A DNA stretch of 64,000 bases, from positions 82,651-146,650 of the IMG/VR virus record IMGVR_UViG_3300021420_000017. One strand, written 5' to 3'. The position numbers and the translations under genes are program-made. Positions within the stretch are counted from its first letter, which is position 1. Every line of letters starts with the position of its first letter. A model generated the notes under the pieces. The model worked only from the letters and a program-made list of their open reading frames with translations. It ran no database searches and was not told the DNA's origin. Origin of the DNA: a virus. Shown one piece after another: positions 9,334 through 16,005 of this stretch.

Positions 9334-10170
9334 ATGGGTAATCACACCCCGGGAAACGATAACCTCTTCGGATTAGACGATGAGTCGCATCAGGATCCGG
9401 TAGTGCAGCCAGCGGTTACTGAGGCGATGCAGACGTCGAGAAGCGTATCCCACCGAAACGGAGGGCTGCGCGCGGCGATCATCGTTTTTATCGCGACCGC
9501 GCTGTTGATGTTCGGGGGCTATCTGCTTCTGCATGAGCAGACAGACTCGGTCAAGAGCGATCTCGCCTCCACTGAGCTACAGCTTGCGCAAACCCAGCAA
9601 CAGCAGCAGGAAGACCACAAGGTCGCCGAGCAACTGGGTACCCAGCTACAGCAGCATGGGATTGCCCCCAGCGTCACCCCGAGCCCCGCCCCCACGCAGG
9701 TGGTGACCGGCGAGCGAGGGCCGGGCCCCACGACAGACCAGGTGGCCAACGCCGTCTCGCTCTACTGCGCGGCTAACAGCAACTGCACCCCGCCAGCGGT
9801 GACACAGGCCCAGGTGGCGGCAGCGATCAATACCTACTGCGAAGCCAACGGGAAGTGCCAGGGGCCTGCCGGGGTCGTCGGCTCGCCCGGTCCGCAAGGG
9901 ACACCCGGCCCGCAAGGCAATACCGGACCTGGGCCCAGTCCTACTCAAGTCGCGACTGCGGTGAGCGCCTACTGCGCGGCCAATAACGGTTGTGTTGGCC
10001 CCGTCGGCTCGACCGGACCTACGGGACCTCCTGGCCCCAGCGGAGTGACTGGGCCGCCTCCCAAGCAGTACACCGTGCGGGTCCCGGGAGTGTTGAGCAC
10101 TCCCACTGAGACATGTAACCCCAATCCGTCCCCAGCCCCCTCAAATCAGCCCGCTTATACTTGTTCATAG
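9334..10170 (+). CDS. Membrane-anchored coiled-coil/collagen-like protein (278 aa)
   Basis: TM segment, Gln-rich coil, Gly-X-Y runs, three QVAxAVxxYCxANxxC repeats. Confidence 0.75.
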   Translation: MGNHTPGNDNLFGLDDESHQDPVVQPAVTEAMQTSRSVSHRNGGLRAAIIVFIATALLMFGGYLLLHEQTDSVKSDLASTELQLAQTQQQQQEDHKVAEQLGTQLQQHGIAPSVTPSPAPTQVVTGERGPGPTTDQVANAVSLYCAANSNCTPPAVTQAQVAAAINTYCEANGKCQGPAGVVGSPGPQGTPGPQGNTGPGPSPTQVATAVSAYCAANNGCVGPVGSTGPTGPPGPSGVTGPPPKQYTVRVPGVLSTPTETCNPNPSPAPSNQPAYTCS

Positions 10171-10173
10171 CCG

Positions 10174-10209
10174 CTGCCTCGTCTGTCCTCAGAGCACCTG
10201 AAGTAGTGA
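10174..10209 (+). promoter_or_regulatory. Putative phage late promoter
   Basis: CTGCC-N20-TGAAGTAGTGA, 25 nt before GTG 10235. Confidence 0.65.
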
Positions 10210-10234
10210 AGAGCCCATCGGAAGAGGAGACGGC

Positions 10235-13200
10235 GTGATCCGCAAGCTGTCGCATGAGACATTGGGCTATCAGCGGCTTGCCCAGATCGGTGAAGTGTAT
10301 CGCGCCTTCGGCCCGGGCGATGCGGTCATGACGATCGATGGACTGCCGGGCGAGATCACCGCCGTGCTCGACGGACCATTCCCGCAGACCGAGGAGTACG
10401 AGGTCGCCCTCAATGGCGGTGCCGGTGGTGGGCGATACACCGCTGGGCAGCTCCGGGCACTCGGCAGTCTGACTGGCTTGAGTGCGCTCGCGCTCGCCGT
10501 GGACTCCGACGATGAGCAGACCGGCTCGGGCGACACCAGTGACGACCTGAACCCCTACGAGGCTACGGTCGGGCTGCACACCGCTGACCTGGATTACGCC
10601 GAGCTGCACGACATCCTGCACGAGCGGCGCCCGAACGAGAACATCCGGATCTTCGCCTCGCGCACGGCCGCGCTGAACGAGCCCTTCGATGAGGAGTCTG
10701 ACCCCAACGAGGCAATGGGCGAGACCAATGCCGACGGGGCCGAGCTGAACAGGCTGGATCGCGCCGAGCAGCAGGGCAGTCAGCATCCGGCGGTCGAGGA
10801 CATCGGCCAGCCCGATTCCTGCAGCTACTGCGGCAGTCCGGAGTTCGATGAGTTCACCAACACCGGGCGGGGCACGCGAGCCCGGTGTGCCCAGTGCGGG
10901 GCCACCATGACGAGCTGGGGCGGCCAGTGGCAGCCCGATCCGCCTAACTCGCCGGAGAATGCTGCCAGTCGTCAGGGCGACCCTCGGGCCACGATCAATG
11001 ACCTCGGCGCGGTGAGGGGAACTCTTCAGGCCGACTTCGCCGCGCAAGTGATGGCTCGGTATGAACTCCTGAGCACGGGTGATCCGGCCTTGTGTGCCAT
11101 TGCGGCCAACCCGCATGCCGATGCGGTCGCGGCACTGCTGGGTATCCAGCATACCGGTGATGGCCAGTTCCGGACCTTCACCCCCGATGAGCGTGAGCAG
11201 TTCTTCCAGACCCGGCAGGCTAATCTTGCTGATCCGGACCTGAACTTTCACATGACCGCATCGTGGCGCGACGTGCGCGAGAAAGCCAAGCGAATCAAGG
11301 ATTCAGGTGGAGTCCGCATCTTGGCTGCGAATAACTCCACGGTCGTGGGTGAGGTGCAGGGCGATACCGCACTGTACGAAAGTTCGTTGAACTATGTCCC
11401 TGGGACAAAGAAGATCGCCTACTGGGGATGTGGTTGCAAATGGGCTTCGTATAGTTGGGGAAGAAGTCCTGCGTATCGTAGGTTTGAGGGCAGACAATGC
11501 TTCTTGCCCGGGACTCAGGTATCTCTGGCTGATGGCACCCGTAAGCCGATTGAGCAGATAGCACCTGGCGACCGGGTGCTAACTCATGATGGAGTCGGTA
11601 CGGTCCACAATCTATGGGAAAACGATTACTCCGGCGTGATCGTTGGGATTACCAGGGCCGGGTCTCCTGATGTTGTGTGGGCTACTGAAGACCATGGTGT
11701 GCTCGCTAATATTGCTCCTCGTTTGTACCTAAATGATCTGGCTTCAACACGTACCTACCGAAATCGGAAGGTACTTAACGACAAGTCACAGTGGAAGCGT
11801 ACTGAGGCAGGACATCTCCAGGCTGGCGATTGGTTGATGGGTACCTATACAGCCGAGACAACCACAGATTTAAGGGACTGGTCAGCAGCCTCATTGCACT
11901 CTGATCTTCAGGTACAAGGAGACCGTGTCGTCTTTGTCAGCTCTCCCCGGGCACTTCACCAGATAGGCAGAACTTACAATCGAGGCAGTGTTCCACTGAA
12001 TCTGCAGTCTTCGGCCTTTGCCACCCTGTTGGGCTGGTATTTAGCGGAAGGTAGTGTGGCCGACTTTGACCGTAATGGCATCCCAAAGATCATCGAATGG
12101 ACTTTGCATGCCGATGAGACTGAGTATGCCGATGAGATTCGAGCATCGCTACGTGATCTGGGATGCGGAGAGCCGCGTTGGTACGGTCCTACCAAGAAGA
12201 TTCAGAAGCAGACAATAAAGGTCAGCAATACAGCTCTCGCGTTAGTCCTTAGTCATTTGGCGGGAGTTGCTGCTCCAATCAAGCGACTCGATCAGAAGAT
12301 CATGACGACAGAAGTGGCATTCCAGCAGGATCTGATGATTGCTTATCTAAAGGGCGATGGGTGGGAGTCTAAAGCTGGGACAGCCTCGCATGCTTTAGCC
12401 AAGCAACTTGTTACGCTAGGCGCAAGAACCTCCTCGTTCATTCCCAGGATGTCGGTTCAGATCAATAATCGTGGTCCCCAGAATCGAGCGCCGGGTAACC
12501 CGTTCTACTCCGTTGAGACATCTGGGCTGTTCATGCAGGGGCGAGAACGACTACAGGACAACTACTATGCAACGCGCATAAGCGCGGTCGAGCGCAGACA
12601 GTACTGCGGACCCGTCTACAATCTCAATGTTGATTACCAACACACTTACGCGGTAGATGACTTGGTTGTGTTTAACTGCAGTCATGTTACTGCATTGCAG
12701 TATGAAGCACAGAGTCGTGGTATGTTCGGGCGCGCCATCGACCATGACGAGGAGCGCCTGCCCGGGCAATATCAGCGCAGTCCCGTCACGGTGGAGTACG
12801 ACCGGTCCCGGGAGAAGAACCTCAACCGGCGCTCGGTGCCGCCGGGAAACATGCGCCGGACGTTCGGCTCGCACCTGGTCACAGCGGCGCTGAGTTTCAC
12901 CCACCACGGCGACCCGGTGGATGCCGACCAGCATGGCGACCTGATGAACCGCGAGGGCACCCAGGGTCGCATCACCGCCCATGACGAGGATGGCAACGAG
13001 GTCGGCGAGATCCACTATGCGCTGCACCCGCACCACGACCAGGAGGGTGGGCTCATTCGCTCTGAGGTCACCGGTGGCCACGGCCCGCATCTGTTCTCCG
13101 CGCTGGAGGACCACCTGCGCGAGCGGGGTCTGGCGCAGGGTATCTGGAGCCACGACGACGAGGGCCATGATCAGGCTCATCAGATGGGCCTGACGCCGCA

Positions 13201-15142
13201 CTACGCGATGCTGACTCCGCTGTCTCCGATCCAGGTCTTCGCTATGGTGATGGTCGAGTCGCAGGACGAGCCCGAGGCCATCTTCAGCATGCTCGCGGGC
13301 TATGGCGTCACCGGTGAGCCTGCTCTGAGCCTGGTCTCCCAGGCTGCGGCGGTCGACACGGGCGACGATGACGGCGGCGGCGTGATGCCCGGCGATGACA
13401 TCCCGCGTATTCAACTCCGCGACCAGACCGAGCAGAAGAAGAAGCCGGGCCACGAACTGCACCACACCAACGACTCGCGCATGCACGCGCCCGACTTCGG
13501 CAAGGACGTGCCCAACTTCGGTCATCTCGTGTGGTGCGACCAGTGCGCGGGCAGCGGCTGTGGTCACTGCGGCGGTACCGGCCAGGTCGTGCCCGCGCTG
13601 GCTCCGGCTGCTGGCCCGGGAGTCGGGGATATGAGCGCGACCACCAGTCCGGAGTCTGATGAGAGCCAGGATGCGGGCTCGGACATCACCAGCGGTGGCT
13701 TCGACAACACCGGCATACTGCGCCAGGCTGACTACACCGCTGATTCGTTCCTGACCGGACCTCCGGCGCAGAACTACCAAGCCGAGACTCCGCACTCGAA
13801 CTCACCTAACCCCGGTTCGACTGGTTGGGGCACCTCAGCCGACCCGGTGGGCTGGGAAGCTCCGATCATCGGGAACGACTTTTCCAACTTCACCTACACC
13901 GGGAAGGCCGAGGGTCAGCCGAGCTTCGATCCGCCGACGGTCTCTGGAGTCGCACTCAAGGCAGCCGATACCGGCCGGGTCTGGATGCAACAGCGCAGTC
14001 TGGAGGACGAGAACGATCCAGCTCGCGGTACCTGGGAGATGCCAGGCGGCCATCATGAGCCGGGCGATCTCACGAGTCTTCATGCCGGTATCCGAGAGTT
14101 TGAAGAGGAGACCGGGCACCCATTCCCCGAGGGTGGCCATCTGAGCCACACGTGGCGCTCTGGTCCCTACCTCGGTCATGTCGTCGTTGTGCCGTCCGAG
14201 TCAGCGCTGGACATGTCCAAGGGGCGTCAGACAGTAAATCCGGATGACCCAGGGGGCGATCATCACGAGCAGGGCGCCTGGTGGGATCCGGATGACGCGA
14301 AGAAGAACCCGGCACTTCGCGCGGAGTTGAAGAAGGCCAGTCCCTTCGACGGGATCAAGAAGGCTGCTGTCTTCCTGACCCTGGATCGAGCGCGTGAGGT
14401 CGCGCGTCAGGAGGAGCTGCGCACTGGTAAAACCTTCGAGCAACTACTGCGCGAGCGCGTGGCTCAGCAAGAGGCTTATTTCGCGATCCTGCATGACGAG
14501 CCTGAGCCCGCGCTGCCTCAGACCGATGGCGCGACCGATGAGGATGCTGATCTGTCGGCCGCCCTGGCCCAACCCGGAGAGAACGACACCGATCCCAAGG
14601 GTGACATCGGCAGCATCCCGGGCGGCATGATGCTCTCAGCTCAGCCCGACCAGCCTTGGGGCTACTCCAGTCCAGACCCGTGGGCTGCGCCGGGCACCGG
14701 TGGGTCGGCTGATGTCGATACCCCCGAAGACTCGAACACGATGAATGCACCGTTTCACAATGAGGCGTCCCTCATTCGAGATGACATGAGTGACGACGAG
14801 GTCATTGCGGCCTTCCAGTCCACTGCGGCGGCTCGTGCTCTTGCCGCAGAGTCCGATACAGGACCGCAGAGCGATCGAGCAGCGGCAATGGCGGGTGCGA
14901 CCAGGGCACCGAAGCAGGGCGACTACTCTGACTCGCAGATTGCGGCAGCGGCCCAGACAGTCCTCCAGAAGGCCGCGATGAAGGACTTCAGCTTTGCCGA
15001 GCAGCAGGAGTTGATCAGCGAGGGAGCGAACAGCGGCGTGCGGGCTCGCAACTTCGGCGACCTCAAGATCGCAGGCACCCACTACGAGCACCTAGATACA
15101 AATAGCGCACTCATTGACGATGATCAGTTCCTCCTCGCGTAA
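10235..15142 (+). CDS. 1635-aa multi-domain head-region protein: SH3-like, Zn ribbon, intein-split SWIM finger, Nudix hydrolase
   Basis: GAGGAG RBS; CSYC..CAQC; CGC..(intein)..CSH SWIM; Nudix-box-like GGHHEPGDLTSLHAGIREFEEETG at about 14045-14116. Confidence 0.8.
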   Translation: MIRKLSHETLGYQRLAQIGEVYRAFGPGDAVMTIDGLPGEITAVLDGPFPQTEEYEVALNGGAGGGRYTAGQLRALGSLTGLSALALAVDSDDEQTGSGDTSDDLNPYEATVGLHTADLDYAELHDILHERRPNENIRIFASRTAALNEPFDEESDPNEAMGETNADGAELNRLDRAEQQGSQHPAVEDIGQPDSCSYCGSPEFDEFTNTGRGTRARCAQCGATMTSWGGQWQPDPPNSPENAASRQGDPRATINDLGAVRGTLQADFAAQVMARYELLSTGDPALCAIAANPHADAVAALLGIQHTGDGQFRTFTPDEREQFFQTRQANLADPDLNFHMTASWRDVREKAKRIKDSGGVRILAANNSTVVGEVQGDTALYESSLNYVPGTKKIAYWGCGCKWASYSWGRSPAYRRFEGRQCFLPGTQVSLADGTRKPIEQIAPGDRVLTHDGVGTVHNLWENDYSGVIVGITRAGSPDVVWATEDHGVLANIAPRLYLNDLASTRTYRNRKVLNDKSQWKRTEAGHLQAGDWLMGTYTAETTTDLRDWSAASLHSDLQVQGDRVVFVSSPRALHQIGRTYNRGSVPLNLQSSAFATLLGWYLAEGSVADFDRNGIPKIIEWTLHADETEYADEIRASLRDLGCGEPRWYGPTKKIQKQTIKVSNTALALVLSHLAGVAAPIKRLDQKIMTTEVAFQQDLMIAYLKGDGWESKAGTASHALAKQLVTLGARTSSFIPRMSVQINNRGPQNRAPGNPFYSVETSGLFMQGRERLQDNYYATRISAVERRQYCGPVYNLNVDYQHTYAVDDLVVFNCSHVTALQYEAQSRGMFGRAIDHDEERLPGQYQRSPVTVEYDRSREKNLNRRSVPPGNMRRTFGSHLVTAALSFTHHGDPVDADQHGDLMNREGTQGRITAHDEDGNEVGEIHYALHPHHDQEGGLIRSEVTGGHGPHLFSALEDHLRERGLAQGIWSHDDEGHDQAHQMGLTPHYAMLTPLSPIQVFAMVMVESQDEPEAIFSMLAGYGVTGEPALSLVSQAAAVDTGDDDGGGVMPGDDIPRIQLRDQTEQKKKPGHELHHTNDSRMHAPDFGKDVPNFGHLVWCDQCAGSGCGHCGGTGQVVPALAPAAGPGVGDMSATTSPESDESQDAGSDITSGGFDNTGILRQADYTADSFLTGPPAQNYQAETPHSNSPNPGSTGWGTSADPVGWEAPIIGNDFSNFTYTGKAEGQPSFDPPTVSGVALKAADTGRVWMQQRSLEDENDPARGTWEMPGGHHEPGDLTSLHAGIREFEEETGHPFPEGGHLSHTWRSGPYLGHVVVVPSESALDMSKGRQTVNPDDPGGDHHEQGAWWDPDDAKKNPALRAELKKASPFDGIKKAAVFLTLDRAREVARQEELRTGKTFEQLLRERVAQQEAYFAILHDEPEPALPQTDGATDEDADLSAALAQPGENDTDPKGDIGSIPGGMMLSAQPDQPWGYSSPDPWAAPGTGGSADVDTPEDSNTMNAPFHNEASLIRDDMSDDEVIAAFQSTAAARALAAESDTGPQSDRAAAMAGATRAPKQGDYSDSQIAAAAQTVLQKAAMKDFSFAEQQELISEGANSGVRARNFGDLKIAGTHYEHLDTNSALIDDDQFLLA
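11498..12676 (+). mobile_element. Intein with LAGLIDADG homing endonuclease (393 aa)
   Basis: CFLPGTQVSLADGTRKPIEQIAPGDRVL start, WATEDHGV block B, LLGWYLAEGS and IAYLKGDG endonuclease motifs, VYNLNVDYQHTYAVDDLVVFN then Cys+1; AT-richer than host gene. Confidence 0.92.
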
Positions 15143-15150
15143 GGACCCCC

Positions 15151-15543
15151 ATGACTCAGCCTGAATCGCCGCTGCTCAACGCAGCCCAGTTCCCTCTCAC
15201 CTCGCCCGTGGAGCTGGTGCAGCTAGAGGCCGAGATCAATAGCGTGGTGGGCGCAGGGGTGACCGGCTTCGCTCTGACGGGTCCGGCCGATCCCAGTCAG
15301 CCGATTAGCACGACCAATCAGGCCATTCTCTGGGTCAGTCCGGCCAATCTTGATCTGGCTTCGATCGGCACCGTCGTGGACTCGCATTCGCCGAATGAGC
15401 CGACGCAGACCCCCTTCATGGACCTGCTCGTCAAGCTCGCGGCCGAGCCCGATGCCGCACTCACTGAGGACGAGAAAGACCTCCTGCTACGCGGGACCGC
15501 GCAGCTCGCGCACCGATTGATTGCCGGTCGGCCGATTCTCTAG
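15151..15543 (+). CDS. Hypothetical protein (130 aa)
   Basis: AAGGA RBS upstream; tight packing. Confidence 0.7.
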   Translation: MTQPESPLLNAAQFPLTSPVELVQLEAEINSVVGAGVTGFALTGPADPSQPISTTNQAILWVSPANLDLASIGTVVDSHSPNEPTQTPFMDLLVKLAAEPDAALTEDEKDLLLRGTAQLAHRLIAGRPIL

Positions 15544-15556
15544 GAGTTGGATTCGC

Positions 15557-15628
15557 ATGCAGGCTCTTATCATCGTTATCGCACTACTTTTCGGGATCGG
15601 TTTGCTTGCAGCGATGGTGGCGGGATGA
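15557..15628 (+). CDS. Small single-TM peptide (MQALIIVIALLFGIGLLAAMVAG), below the ORF-track cutoff
   Basis: TAGGAG at 15541-15546 upstream; entirely hydrophobic; fills the gap before 15636. Confidence 0.4.
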   Translation: MQALIIVIALLFGIGLLAAMVAG

Positions 15629-15635
15629 CGCGCTG

Positions 15636-15947
15636 ATGCGTCCCCAGGCCTGGGTGATCGAGGAGCGCGAGGACAACACCTACAGCGTCCTGCGCGCGGG
15701 CAAGCTGATCGCGACAGGTCTGCGCTCGACCGCCAACGCGGTGGCTTTCGTTCGTGCCCGCCATCGGCCGGGCGAGCGGATCTATCACGCCGAGCCCGAT
15801 GGCTACCGCAACGAGATCACCGCCCAGATCGTCGGGCCCCGTGCTACCCCGGCGGTGACTCATCTGTCCACCGCCGACTACTGGCGCCTGCGCACTGCAC
15901 GCTTGCGCAAAGCCCGTCATGAGCGGGAAGAGCCCGGCTCGTCCTGA
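15636..15947 (+). CDS. Hypothetical basic protein (103 aa)
   Basis: ATG at 15636 is in frame with the listed ORF; ends just before a late-promoter motif. Confidence 0.6.
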   Translation: MRPQAWVIEEREDNTYSVLRAGKLIATGLRSTANAVAFVRARHRPGERIYHAEPDGYRNEITAQIVGPRATPAVTHLSTADYWRLRTARLRKARHEREEPGSS

Positions 15948-15983
15948 CTGCCTGATCCCGGCCTGGAACGCCTGAAGTAGTGA
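15948..15983 (+). promoter_or_regulatory. Putative phage late promoter
   Basis: CTGCC-N20-TGAAGTAGTGA before the protease gene. Confidence 0.65.
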
Positions 15984-16005
15984 GGCGTCCGGGAAAGGGG
16001 TCGGT

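Noticed and set aside
9700-10070. GGN-CCN periodic DNA as a non-coding repeat
   Set aside because: Explained by collagen-like Gly-X-Y coding.
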